DNA from: Tubulanus polymorphus
Lineage: Eukaryota > Animalia > Nemertea
Length of the DNA: 64,000 nucleotides
NCBI RefSeq assembly: GCF_964204645.1
Contig: NC_134035.1
Location: 5,580,001-5,644,000, forward strand
Direction: 5' to 3'
Position 1 is the stretch's first letter, and each line of letters begins with the position of its first letter. The translations under genes were made by a program, and so were the position numbers. Shown here piece after piece: positions 26,158-40,098 of the stretch. The notes below the pieces were generated by a model. The model saw only the letters and a list, made by a program, of their open reading frames with translations, was not told where the DNA came from and did no database searches.

Positions 26158-26312
26158 CTCTCCCTCTCCCTCTCCCTCTCCCTCTCCCTCTCCCTCTCCC
26201 TCTCCCTCTCCCTCTCCCTCTCCCTCTCCCTCTCCCTCTCCCTCTCCCTCTCCTCTCCCTCTCCCTCTCCCTCTCCCTCTCCCTCTCCCTCTCCCTCTCC
26301 CCTCCCCTCCCC
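26158..26312. repeat. (CTCTCC)n microsatellite in intron 2 of Ly6 gene B
   Basis: Hexamer run, pure polypyrimidine. Confidence 0.97.
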
Positions 26313-26527
26313 TTCATTGAAAAAGAATTGAGTTAACCCCAGGGTCAAAGTTGAGTTAATATATATCTGACTATAAAACTAGATCCAGAAGTTGATTCAG
26401 GGTTTAGTTTTGAAAAATTACCGCTAACATCTCAGCAATACCGACACGATATACCTTCTAAGTAATTACCAAATATAATCACGATCGGTCACCACAAAAT
26501 ATGTAATTTGATATCTTTTTATTGCAG

Positions 26528-26653
26528 TATGGATTTTACATGGACGGCTACAGGAATCTACACGCTATTCGCGGATGTGAAATCACAGGCGATTGCAATT
26601 TCGCTCAGTTGACGGCCATGGGTAGTACGTTAACCTACCTAAACCACCTATCG
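26528..26653 (+). CDS. Ly6/uPAR protein B, exon 3 (YGFYMDGYRNLHAIRGCEITGDCNFAQLTAMGSTLTYLNHLS)
   Basis: Acceptor ctttttattgcag, donor gtaagt, 126 nt, phase 0/0; AIRGCEI shared with paralogue A. Confidence 0.92.
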
Positions 26654-28089
26654 GTAAGTTGGAATTTTCGTCGAAACTTAGGCCTTAGAGCTTGGTTTAC
26701 GGAAACCGCCTCCAAATTTGAAGAAAAATCAAATAAATATGTATTCTATATTTTCTTTATTCTCGTCCGTGGAACGAATTCGGTGAAAAAGATGAGCAAA
26801 AACAATTGTCTCACCTCCGCCGGATGAGAATCCTGGCTTGAATGACTTTTCTGGCTTTTTTGATCGCAGTGTGCAGAATTCGAAATTTCCAAGAATCATT
26901 TGTTTGGACATATGTATATTGCCCTATCGACAGTTCCCCTTCCTTCAAAAAGTGATTTTATCTCACTAAGGGAATTGTTTCAAATATCTTTATTTCCTCC
27001 ACCGAAATGATATTTGAATAGGTTTAACCCGTAAACCAAGCTTTTAAAAAAAGGCCTTACCACGAGTAGGGTGCCAATTTAAAACTTCTGTTCTTAAAAG
27101 CAAAGGCCCCACCATCGGCGCGATTCAAAAGGACTCGTGGAGCCAAGCGGAAGAAAAGGTCAACGCAAGTCGTGTTCTTTCGATAAGGATCTGTACGTAC
27201 ACACTGTCAACGGAGTGTAGACATTTTCATACATCAGGCATGCGACAGAGCATGACTACACGACTAATGCGAGTAGACAAGCTACGAATGCGGCGAGGAA
27301 TTATTGAATTAACACGTTACCAGGCGCTTATAGCATTCGTAATATAAAAATAAACCAGTGCACTGAGCGCATATAGTACGAGATCGAATTAAAAAGTTGC
27401 GTAAATTTGTAGGGGTGTTATGAGAATGGTGCATATTGTATAGGAATTCAACGAAGAACGAGTCGAAACGCAATATCCGTGTATGATGAATAAACGCGAG
27501 AAATCCCAAAATAATTCAGCAAAAAAAAAATGTATACGTATTTGAGCGACGATTCGGCAAAAACTATTAGCCATCATCGAAGAACTTTGCATTTTTGGCA
27601 GAATATTTGTGGGATTTCTCGCATCTATTAACGAGGAACGTGAGGAATTTAACAAGATACAAAGCGTTCCGAAACGCCAAAATTTTCTGATCTGAGTTTC
27701 TCAGTATCTACACTGGTTTACACACAAGCGGTTTCCAGCTTGATTTTCCAGCTGTAGCAGGAAACCGCCCGTCAAAACGCTCAACATTGGGCCCCGGCAG
27801 GAAAATACGGCAGCTGGAAAGAGCTATCGCAAGATTTCTCGACAGGAAATTTACTGGCTGGCAAGGCGGTCGTGAAACTGCCTTGCCGCGGCGGTTTCCA
27901 GCTCTGCCTTCAAAAACGCTCGCGAAAGCCAGCCTTAACAACAATAAACTGCCTCTTTCGCAAGAATCATTTCCTACGCACTTAGGTCACGTTGTCACCT
28001 ATCTTGTTTACAATTACTTTCGATGAAAAACTATTTCGAAAACTTATCATTCCAAAACTTATCATCAAACTTATCATATCTTATTTCAG

Positions 28090-28224
28090 GTTCGTTGCTG
28101 CAGGGAGAATAATTGTAACACGATGACCGCTACTGCTGCAATACCCGACCCTAAACTCCCGTCGCGTCTACTCTTCGCGTCGCTGATTTCTGCATTGTTA
28201 CACTCTACATCCACATGGTACTGA
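28090..28224 (+). CDS. Ly6/uPAR protein B, exon 4 (VRCCRENNCNTMTATAAIPDPKLPSRLLFASLISALLHSTSTWY*)
   Basis: Acceptor ttatttcag; CCxxxxCN motif plus hydrophobic tail; AATAAA near 28392. The joined model gives 152 aa with 10 domain cysteines. Confidence 0.92.
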   Translation, partial: VRCCRENNCNTMTATAAIPDPKLPSRLLFASLISALLHSTSTWY

Positions 28225-28529
28225 AAGCTGATCTTCCGTAGTTTTTATCAAACGACTAAACGCGCTTACAGAAACGACTGTAAAACATTTGTAATATCGA
28301 ATGCAGTATAATTCAATGGTTATTACGAGTATTAGATGAAGTTATCATTTGTGATGTCTAATGTATTATATCTATTTCATTTATGATGGAAATAAATATT
28401 AATTATTCCTAATCGATATGGAGATTTGTTCCACCGAGGTTCCTCAATGAATCAACACGCATGCATGGTTCTACGTCTACGGTAGCAAATTTGGCCCGGG
28501 CCAAAAATGCTCGTGTGATCGCGGCTAAA

Positions 28530-29438
28530 GACTGATCACAACAGGGTCAGCATGCAACTGATTAAACTGATAGAGACTGGTCACAGTGGTCAGCGTGCAA
28601 CTGATAAAACTGATAGAGACTGGTCACAACAAGGTCAGCGTATAACTGATAGAGACTGGTCACAGTGGTCAGTGTGCAACTGATAAAACTGATAGAGACT
28701 GGTCACAACAAGGTCAGCGTATAACTGATAAAACTGTCTGGTCACAGTGGTCAGTGAGCAACGGATAAAACTGATAAAGACTGGTCACGAGGTCAGCTTT
28801 TAGCTGATAGAGACTGATCACAACGGGGTCATGTAGCTGATAAAAACTGGTCACAACGGGGTGGTCAGCATGTTTAACTTTAAAAAAAACTGATAGAGAC
28901 TGGTCATAGCATGTAGCTGATTGAGACTGGTAAAACTGATAGAGACTGAATACAGTGGTCAGCATAACTGGTAAAACTGATAGTGACTGAATACAGTGGT
29001 CAGTATAACTAGTAAAACTGATAGAGACTGAATACAGTGGTCAGCATGACTGGTAAAACTGATAGTGACTGAATACAGTGGTCAGTATAACTAGTAAAAC
29101 TGATAGAGACTGGTCATAGCATGAAGCTGATTGAGACTGAGTACAGTGGTCAGCATAACTGGTAAAACTGATAGAGACTGAATACAGTGGTCAGCATAAC
29201 TGGTAAAACTGATAGTGACTGAATACAGTGGTCAGTATAACTAGTAAAACTGATAGAGACTGGTCATAGCATGAAGCTGATTGAGACTGAATACAGTGGT
29301 CAGCATAACTGGTAAAACTGATAGAGACTGAATACAGTGGTCAGCATAACTGGTAAAACTGATAGAGACTGGTCATAGCATGAAGCTGATTGAGACTGAT
29401 AGAATTGATAGAGACTGAATACAGTGGTCAGCATGACT
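28530..29438. repeat. Complex ~41-bp minisatellite
   Basis: Unit ~GTGGTCAGCATAACTGGTAAAACTGATAGAGACTGAATACA built from ACTG(A/G)T subrepeats. Confidence 0.9.
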
Positions 29439-31584
29439 GAGGTATGGCTACTCACTATCTCTGATATGAATCCTGGCAACCCACAAAGCAGCACACATTT
29501 ACAGTCATCTATGCGCCTATACGAGCCACTTGAGATAAATTAATTTTATCCAGCCTCGTAAAATTGAAAAAAGCTAATAATGGTACATATGCTTTATGAA
29601 AATAGATTGCTGGTATTAATGATAATTGTAATGATCGTTAAGATATTGAAAGGCGGCATAATGCATTAGCGCATAGCTATTACAATGTACAGTTACAATG
29701 TAATAATCCGTGGTGACATTGTCAAAATACATTCACATCAGATGCACTGGAAGTGCCTTAGTTTTTTTTAGATTCACGATTGAATTCAATCGTCGTCAGA
29801 GTCGTTTTAGCCTGTGCGCGGTGCGCTAAAGACAACACTAGAATCTGGCGCGCACGCGATCCGTAAATCAATGATAAATGAATTCAGGATGAAACGGAAA
29901 CGAATCTATTTCCTGTGTCGGCCAAAACCAGACATCCCGAGAAAACCCGCGTAGACCAGAATGATTCTAGTTTTCGATATAAAAATCCTTTTATCGTCGA
30001 TTTATCGTAAAAAGCTCAGATGACGTATAAAATGGATAAACAACGCAGATACAAAACGAATCGCGCTCAATGCACGGCAAATGCACACATTTTATACATC
30101 CCCGACTACGGAAGCGTCCCGGGGGCACACTAATTTGTAAAAGAAAATTGCAAAAAAATGTTTTTCAAGGTTTATTCCGATTAGCTCGGAATAAACTAGT
30201 TTCTTCGGTTAAAAGTGATTACCGATGTTTATTCCGAGGGAGTAATTAACCACGATTTTTTTTCAAACGAAAATATGTCCGGTACGCTTTCGTACCAAAC
30301 TGGGATTTCTTTTCGACAATACGATTTATGACGATCCGTATCATGTCGATTTTCATCTCTTTACTTTCATTTTATATATTTCATTCTCTTTGTCTAGGGC
30401 TGCTTTCTCGTTTAAGCTAACTGTTACTTCAAAGCGGTCATTCATTTGATATTATTACATTTTTAATGTATTTGCTTATTCATTAATTCTGCAAAAATTT
30501 TACTTGAAAATAAATCATATCATATCATGTCATAACGTAGGGTTATACCTGTAACAGGTCAACGGCGTAGAACAACAGTGTCAACTGGGACCCTGGATCC
30601 AGTGCCACCATTACGAGCTTCCTAACGTAGGTCGTGAACGATAAATCCCGAGTGTAACAGGCAGGATAATACATGGATATATCAGTTTACTGTGCGTCAA
30701 TTAGATTTTTTCGTTCCGCACACGAAACAAGCTACGTAAACGTTAACCGTAGCTAATATTACTAGTCGAGACGGGACAAGAAAATTTAGAGAAACCTTTC
30801 AAGATGCGTATAATCTTTCACGTGGCGAACATGTTTTTAGATCGATTTAAGCCTCGTCGACGGGTTCTTGCGGGTACAGTTGCACAGTTGTGACTCTCAC
30901 ATCCGAAAACTAGTTTCGAATCGTTAGACTGGACTTAGCTTGCTAGATTGGGTGTATAACTTAGATGTTCTTAGACGGGTCTATAGTTGAGATTGACTAA
31001 AGAACCAAAATTAACTGAGACTGGTCTTGAGCTGGTAAACTTAGATGTTCTTTCGACCGGTCTTTGGTTGTTAGATAGGCTACAGAACCAAAATGAATTT
31101 AGTCCGGTCTTAAGTTGGTAAACTAAGATGGCCTTAGACCGGTTTCAAGTTGTCATATTGACTAAAGATTACCAAAATGGTCTTAGACTGGTCTCAAGAT
31201 ACTAAATTGGCTATATAACTAAGATGATCTTAGACTGGTCTCAAGTTGTTCCATTGGTTAGACAAATATTGGTTTCAAACTTAAATCTCAACCACGACTG
31301 TGCAACCTGTCCCTGAACATTACAAATTCCCTTGATAAAAATTTCGTTTACTTATTGAAACCCGATTCTGAATATTATGTCCGTTCTATGCGCGGAGGTA
31401 GAAATCGATGAAGAAATCTTTTAGTGAAAAAGAACAGTTTTTTTTCCTCTGGTGGAAAACGACATTTTTTCCCGAGGTAATCAATAGTCGTAATTTGATA
31501 ATACACGCACACGCGTGTTGTCCGAGTTTCAGAATCGGGCTTCAAAAATGTGTTCAGATTTCGATGAAATAATAATGTACTCAC

Positions 31585-31687
31585 AATCAGCGACGTCCTG
31601 GATTTCCTATTCTATTTTCATTCCTCCGCCGTAGTATTCATGTGGACACACACACGGGCAGGAAATCGCGCCATGTTTCATCCGCAT
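31585..31687 (-). other. Possible non-coding exon (5' UTR or lncRNA)
   Basis: Minus strand: strong acceptor tctttttcttgtttgcttgttag and donor gtgagt bracket 103 nt with stops in all three frames. Confidence 0.3.
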
Positions 31688-33615
31688 CTAACAAGCAAAC
31701 AAGAAAAAGACAAGTTTGTTATTCGTGTGCGTCTTGATAACGAAGCGACAAAATCTGCGCCATATTCATCTGCAAATTATGAAGGAAGTATGGCTCTGTT
31801 CTGTGGACTTTGAAGGCGCATTTGAAAGGCCGACAAAAGGCAAAAGATTTATTTCTGTTAGCAACGAATTTCCTCTGAGCCCGATATAGACACGACTACC
31901 GACAACGCTTCATCATAACCGTACATGATAAACTACAGTAAAAGAAGACATTTTGACAATGTTTATAGTTAGTAGTTAGATGTAGAATAAACACTCTAAT
32001 CCGTGTACACTGTAGATGATTGAAGAAATCCAACCATTCGAATTTTATTTGAAAAAAATCTATTATTTGAATGATAATTATTTAAATAATTATTATTCAA
32101 GTAATAATCATAAAATGATAAATCCTGATAATAAGTTTAAATGATAATTATTTGAAATTTAAAAAAAAATTATCGTATAAAATTTGAATTGTGGGATTCC
32201 TTCAATCATCTTTCCATACAGTGTTTAAAACTGATAACAAAAATAATTTCTGTTTCATTTAGACTGCGCTGCTCCACTGGTCGTATTACGGCCAATTTTG
32301 GGTAAAGCGATAGAAAATTGACGGTAGTTTCCGTATTTCATTTCATCAGCTTTATTTCTGATATCGATAATTAAATCTAGTCAGAACATCTCCACACAAA
32401 AAAAACGTCGACCAAAAAAAAAACCTAATGGAGGGACAGAAAAGCGAGCAAGACAGACGCGATATTATTATTGCCATCAGACGCAGCTACCGTACGTGTC
32501 GGTGATCCTCGCACGTTCAGTCGCTTCCGCCACTGCTGGCGCAACTCCCGTACATCATCATCACCATCACGTATAGACACACAAAACGACGGCAAGAAAG
32601 TCTACCGACGGATAAATCACTACTCCCGACCGAACGTGTGTTGTATGCGCGGGCCGATACCTCGATATTTATTTGTGTATTTCCCCCGTTACAAGGGGAC
32701 GAACATGTTCGAGAGTTAGAAAGTGTCGCGTTCGCCGGGCGCGCGGAGCTACGAAAATCGTGATCGATTTATTAAACGATCTCGTCTCTTGATTAGTCAC
32801 AGATTGCGTATTAGCACCGCACCGCATTAATTTGTTAAGATGATTATTATTATCATTATTCGTATTACGAACGGAGTATAATATTACGTCGTCGTTCAGT
32901 GGAAAGGATACGTTTTTTTTAAACGAAAGGTTAGTGACGTTTATATAATTATTCATTTCATAGAATAGAATATAGAATGTGAATCTATCACTCGCAACGA
33001 AAGTACATTTGCTTAGAGTAAAAAGACAATACCACATGTTATACATAATCAGAAACAAAATTCTGTTTTATTTTGGATAGGTGATAGGCAAGGCTAACAT
33101 CTATCCAAGACGCATTTGATGTATGATAGATAGAAAATAATACAGCAATGTTATTCAAAATATTTGAGACCTCTTCGTGTAAATAAGGAAAGCTTTCGGA
33201 GTTATACATCTGACGATCTAAACAAATCTATAAATTTATGTAATTGTGGGTTATTCACAAAATACTACTTTGTCCATCGGAAGGAACTGAAAATTCAGTA
33301 AACCATCCGTTAGTTTGGATCGGCTTGAGTAGGAGGGATATCACGGGTTCCGTACATTTATCTGTCTTCTCGTACTAAAATCGACTTCAGTTCTGAGGTC
33401 TGATTTTCCGAGTCGTATCATATTTCCATCGTCTGAATAATCGGAAATATATCGAAGTCGTAAGCTGTTTAAGTCTGACCTTTGCATTTTTTTCAAAGTG
33501 GTGACGAATCTTCCAGTCCCAAAACATCCGATTCGGTTTATATACGTGGTTTACTCTGTCTCGGGTCTATTTTCAACGCACGTTTCTCTATCATTATATT
33601 AAATTCGATTTCTAA

Positions 33616-33798
33616 AGCCGGGCGTAGGTCGGCCTTGCGACGCGATGCGATCGTCGCGTTGCGTCGCAAGTGGGGGCATAAGTCGATCGCACGCGGTTAT
33701 CGGCGACTGTGTGCGCCTAGTTGCGATCGTCGCTGGCGGTCGCAGTGAATTGCGTCGCAATGAGTCGCAAGCCGTCGCAAGGCCGACCTACGCCCGCC
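33616..33798. mobile_element. PIF/Harbinger-like palindromic MITE
   Basis: TIR cgggcgtaggtcggccttgcgac / gtcgcaaggccgacctacgcccg flanked by TAA/TTA. Confidence 0.65.
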
Positions 33799-36700
33799 TT
33801 AAGAGACGAATCGGGAATCCACGATGAATCTAAAATTCCCATACCGTGATTCATATTCGGTACCGTATCTAATATATTCGAATATTCTTGAGCTGAATAA
33901 TCAAAGCCAACTTCTGTAGCTCATAGAATTCATATGAATTACCTATGTTTGCATTAACACTAAAGTTAATAACAATATCAGTTGTACATCGAGACCATGA
34001 CTCGTTCGTTGTAGCATTTCCTTATATCCAAGAGCTGTTGGATATTTTCCCAGTCCCAGTCATAGACCTAGGCCCAGTCCCATTCCCGGACCTAATCCGG
34101 AAGTTACTGGCTTTCTGTCCCTGTGTGTAATTTCTGGACTAGTCCCCGTCCTAGTCGCACTCCCACTCCCAGTTCCAGACCTAATCCCAGTCCGACCGAT
34201 ACTGTTGGCCACGAATTTCGATCCTTGCATAAATAACCTTCTGGAATTTCTGAAATTACTGGAATTGTCAGTTTTGCTCGACAAAAATCGACGAAGTCCA
34301 TTTAAATATCTAGAAAAAAAGGTCACCGATTACGGAATAAAAGGCCATCGTTACGGTGTTCATTTCAGCGGCTAGACCGTCGAATATAGCTAGTTGACTC
34401 GAGATCCATAAACCGTATACAGGGTTATAAGGCAAACATACACAGTAGTGTCGACGATGCTTGTTTCTACCTCCGCGAGTCTCCTTATCGTTATTGTTAT
34501 TTGATTAACCGACGATTCTTCGAGACGATCGGCCACTTTTTTCAGATCAAATATGCACGAAATAATGGAAGACAATCAAAACAGCCGCCGGTGAGCGAAG
34601 AGTCGGTCCCTATTGCTTTTCTTTGCTCAGCCGTCGAAGTCGCAACGGGTTCGATTTCATGGCTAATGATGAGAATAATGATAACAATAATGATAATGAT
34701 AATAATGATTTATTATCTTATATAGCACCGTACTAATTGAATTTAATCACGGCGCTTTAAAAAGTGTAAAAACATAAGAATAATTAAGATATAATAAAAC
34801 ATTGAGAAATAAAGCAGATATAAAATGACAATCACGCTCGCCACTGTGGAACTGGGCCCTAGTTTTAACAGCATCAATAGACGCGGGCTTATCCCGAAAG
34901 CTGGTGGTTTCGACTAAGTTTTCGCGAAAAATTTACGACCCATTCGACCAGCCTTCGTCGCGTTATCGATCGCTAGTCATCGATTGTAAAGTGTGTAAGA
35001 AGCAGTCGGTGCGAAATTGGTTCAATTCAATTCATAAATCAGCTATTCGACCCACGCGGCGCCGTCAGTCTTTTACAACGGCTGAAAAAAGTTCATATTC
35101 ACGATACGCGAAAATCGGAGTAAGACGATTCGATCGATCCGAGCCACCGCCGACTGAAAACCATCGAATCGATGGGGATCCGATAATTATTTACTGAATG
35201 GCGCGTTTAAATTGAGAAATATCTCTGACTGCGCTGCGTAGAGTTCCGCGCGTGAAATGAATAAATAAGGAATCGAGGTGCAACGTCCCGAATCCATTGC
35301 CCAGTTTTTTAGACTCGTATTATCTTTAACCCGGGGCTAACTCAATTGAAAATGAATCGAGTTAACCCCTGGGTTAGACAAGGTTAACATCGGTTAACCA
35401 AGCCCAGGGCCCATTTTTTAGACTGGTAACTCTTTAACCCGGGGTTAACTCAATTGAAAATGAATTGAAAAAGTTTACCCCTGGGTTAAATAAAGTGTTT
35501 ACCCCTGGGTTAAATAAAGTTAACACCAGTCTATAAAACCAAGCCCAGGGCCCGGTCTTACAGACTGGTATAAACTCTTTAACCCGGAGTTAACTCAATT
35601 GAAAATGAACCGAGTTAACCCCTAACGCTACGGGTAATTATCTCAACATCTCGTGAGATAATTGCTCGTAGGTTAAAGTTAATACCACAGTCTATAAAAC
35701 CGGTCCTATGAGTCTCTTCGACCATTCATACCGCCTGAGATTGAGGTTGACTCAAACCTGTATATTTTCAATACATATGACTACGAATAAGTCAGAGTTT
35801 GTTTGCTAGAGCTGCAGAGATTTTCAGCACGCCCCAACAACAAAAGATATTACAATCAGGGGATTTAGAAACGTCGAGGGTCTGTCGTGTAAATCACTTA
35901 TTGCGTTTGCCAACAAATGTAGCGGCGGTCCCGACCGTAGAAAAAAGGCGCGCACGGCCGCCAGACACATTACACACGTGTTCATTCATGTATTCGCCTA
36001 TGTATTGAGTTGGTGCACCTTACGATTTATTTGATTAGGTTCAAGAACGCCTTGACCACAGTGGTTACTCGATCGACCGGATTATCTGGCGCTGAAATTA
36101 GATTAACATCCCGTGAGTAGCGCATGCTCGATAACCGCGTTATTCCGCTGTCCAGGTTTTATCTATACAGATAAGCTATAATTTGAACCACACTTACTTG
36201 GTAATTTATTATTTATATCCTATCTGCACTCATCAACTGTGTCGGCTAAGCGGCGAACTGTTCGTTGATGTTGTTGTTGGTCGCGAGTCAAACGAATGCC
36301 TAAATACGAACTATGAACTTTTGGCAATCGCGGCGATAGCGGATTTTCGGGGATGGTCTCGGCGGTCTGGACGCCCGCATTACCATTCATGTTGCCCTTT
36401 CGTAACGACAGATAATGTAGCAACCTGCAAATCTGACACTCGCCCTCTTGAAAAGTGCATCTTTCAGAATGGATTTCTTCAAAAAGAATCTAACCCTAGA
36501 TCGAGGAACCCGCTAGTGGCCTTTGGCGTGGCTACTCTAACCGAGAAATACCTTTTCTTATCTCCTGGATGCGGCCTTCCAATTTGTCCCACATGCGCCC
36601 CTGGATAGTGTCACTAATGCACGCGTGTCGCACGCGTGTCACACCATAGCACGTTAAACCGCATCAAATTGCGCCATTTTGTTCGTCAAATAGCAGTGCA

Positions 36701-38288
36701 CGGTATTGTAAATTCAAAATGTCATACTACATAACCTACATTGCTGACGGTAACATAACTGGTGGAGTGTGTGCCACATTCAACATGCGTCCTAACTTGA
36801 AAGTTTATTGAAGCGTTGAAAAATAACACACATATTGCTTAATATTGTCGACGATAATGAGATATATAATTGTATGATGACAAAGGATCAACGAAATAAT
36901 CTTGAATTTGAATATAAAGATGATTGAATTGAATTGAATTGACCTAAACTTGATACATTGATGACGTAGTGCACTTCCTCTTAAGAATAATCGTTAAGAT
37001 TTATCAAACGGAAAAATGAAAGTTCATGAAATAATTTTCATTTACAAAATAAATGCCAAAATTCACAAATACAATTGTTATATCGGAAATGCCAATATTG
37101 ATGACGTAGTGCACATCGACTCACACAGAAACACCACGAATAGTAGTTGTATACATTATTGTAACGTTTTTTGTACGGCGTCAGAAATTGCCTTCTTGTT
37201 TCAAAGCAAAATAACTATGTTTCGAGTTAAGTAAAAGCTATATTCAAATGATAATTACGTATATCATGACTACCACACTTTTAGCAACGGATATAAAAGT
37301 GACGTATCTCAACGCGGCATCGGTGTATATATATGTACACAGATATCAATAAATGGAATAAGCTGTAATCTGATAGGTGGGAGATCTATTTTCCGTATTA
37401 TGTGTTGCGGGGAATATCATTGAAAACCTAATCAAATTCAGGCATCAGCGGCGTCGAAGCCGCGTAACCCAGGTGTCCGCGCGGTATATAATCTGATCCA
37501 CGCGACGTTTTCTGCGCCGGAATCGTTCACACTTCATATCGAAACACCAGACTGCGACATTCTTTTTCCGCGTACAGGAAAAAGGTCGCGCAAAGAAAAC
37601 ACGTTTATCATCATTCGCAGCCGCTTTCTCTTTTCTGCTCCCCGTGAATTTATACGACGTTCAGAAATAGTATACGCGATAAATCGTCTCGGAGTCGTGC
37701 GCGTTGTGTTTGTGCCGAGCTTCAGACGATTTTCCGGCAATAGACCGGCGAAAATTCACGTTACCATGTAAACCCGCGTACACACACACATTATACCGAT
37801 CGTGACGTATGGCATGCGTGACGCGATAGAGAAAGAGTACTTCACGTAGTAGATGAGCAGTTTGATGACAGGCTAAATACAAATAAAAGACACGCGCGAG
37901 CTAATGTTTACTTTCTAGATCTGTAACCGTTGATAAAATATTGTCCGATTCGGAAGCTAATGGCAGCATAATGCGACCTTCAGTCGACAGACGACTGAAA
38001 GGGCGCACGCGCTAATAATAGGTTCGCCTAATTCGTGCGGACACTTCGAAGTGTAAATATTAACCGAACGTGGGTGACTCCGATCAAATAGCGTTACGAT
38101 CTCCTGCTTATATATATAGTTTAAGTCTATATCCCGGAGCCACCCACTCCGAGATAAACATTTATCAACATTTATCGCTGTTCTCGATTTCCTATATTTT
38201 GATCGTCAATGATCCGCCAGCATTTAGGACCTCAACCCAGAATGAAATACATAGCGGTATCATCATCATTATCATACGGAAGCGATAA

Positions 38289-39083
38289 AGGGCCTCGAGA
38301 TGTCGCGTTCCAACTCGACAAGTCGCCATATTTATGTCGACATACCACGACATATCGCGTCAAGTCGACATGAATATGTCGATATATCGTGATGTTTTGA
38401 CGACATATTTCGTTTTCTCGACCACTTTCCTCGCGACAAGTCGACATATTCATGACGACTTGAAACTCAGTCGTCATATCACTGGCGTCCTCGTCTTACA
38501 TTTAGACGTGTCTTCAAATGACGGCTTGTCCCATGGAAAATTGGCGAAAAAGCGAAATTTGTCGTGAAAACGTCACGATATATCGACATATTCATGTCGA
38601 CGTGACGCGATATATCGCGATATGTCGACATAAATATGGCGACTTGTCGAGTTGGAACGCGACATCTCGAGACCCCTTATCTACGGAAGCGATAAGGGGC
38701 CTCGAGTTGTCGCGTTCCAACTCGACAAGTCGTCATATTTATGTCGACATACCGTGATATATCGCGTCAAGTCGACATGAATATGTCGTTATATCGTGAC
38801 GTTTTCACGACAAATTTCGCTTTCTCGACCACTTTCATCGCGACAAGTCGACATATTCATGACGACTTGAAACTCTGTCGTCATATTACAGGTGTCCTCG
38901 TCTTACATTTAGACATGTCTTCAAATGACGGTTTGTCCCGTGGAAAATGGGCGAAAAAGCGAAATTTGTCGTGAAAACGTCACGATATGTCGACATAGTC
39001 ATGTCGACTTGACGCGATATATCGCGGTATGTCGACATAAATATGGCGACTTGTCGAGTTGGAACGCGACATCTCGAGGCCCC
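38289..39083. mobile_element. Two tandem copies of a ~388-bp fold-back MITE (PIF/Harbinger-like)
   Basis: Copies 38289-38676 and 38696-39083; each has ~130-bp TIRs GGG(G)CCTCGAGATGTCGCGTTCCAACTCGACAAGTCG; TAA/TTA-like flanks. Confidence 0.85.
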
Positions 39084-39944
39084 TTCTCGCTGCCGGAAGC
39101 AAGGCCTATAAAGTGTCCGGCTCATTTTCCAATTATCGGCAGCAATTCGGTGACCGGGGATTTCGAATTGCGATGCTCTCAAAAATGTAATACACGATTA
39201 AAAGAGTACATGAATAATTTTTACTATATCCGTTTGATTTGACATTAATTGTGTGGTTCAATCCATAATTTTCGTTGAGTTTTTCTCTCGAAGACCTTAC
39301 ATTCTTTAACCGTGTTGTCTCCGTGTAGCGTCGTTACACGGTTCGCTTGTAAAAGTGTCATTGATGCATATGACAACACGATGATAGAATGACAAATTCT
39401 GCTGTCAGCTCTGTCACGATTTGGGCATTGTTATGAAATCGTTGTCTCTTACACAAACTTTGCCCGATCTTAAAATAGGGATTTTTCCCTCTATCGCAAA
39501 CTTTGAGACCTTCGTAGAAATGAACAAATTTCTTTTGTAGTTCCACAATCGTCGCGTCGTTTCTGTTATTCTCTCTGACGTAAGTTGAATCAACAGTTTT
39601 AATGAGTGCAATTTCAAAGCTATTCTGATATAAACGGAATGCAGCACGCACGAGACTGATGGTTGTATTGGGTGAATTGCGGTTTGTATAGCCATTAAAT
39701 ATACAGCAGCGCATCGACGCGCCGGAAAATAGCATCTAAACCGATTGAAGTATGGATTGAGTAGTTTCATTTCGTATCAGGAAACGTTATAACGACTATA
39801 GCATCTATCCCAAAACGGAAAATAAAAATGAAAAATCTAGTCTCAGCCGGGGATAAAGCCTTGTCGTAACCAGCGTCAGCATCTGGGATATTCACCGAGA
39901 ACCTTGAGAAGTGTCTGATGTTACCACATGGTATAGCATTTTTC

Positions 39945-40098
39945 TTTTAACACCCTCAACCCGCTAAGCGCCACGCAGGGATTTATAAACGAACTTTCGA
40001 CCAAGAGACTCTATCACCACCAGGTTTTGAACCCATAGACCCTGGATTGACGAGACCAGTGACCGGCGGCTTAAACCACTCGGTCACTGCGCCTCTCC
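39945..40098 (-). mobile_element. tRNA-derived SINE
   Basis: Minus strand: A-box-like TGACCGAGTGG, B-box-like GGTTCAAAACC, body, A-rich tail; no complete cloverleaf. Confidence 0.6.

Noticed and set aside
27545-27570. Isolated RRFGK codons as an alternative RFamide exon
   Set aside because: Single motif immediately followed by a stop, inside a Ly6 intron; chance match.
38232-39242. Cluster of 77-105-aa ORFs
   Set aside because: Chance frames in the palindromic MITE dimer; no transposase motifs.
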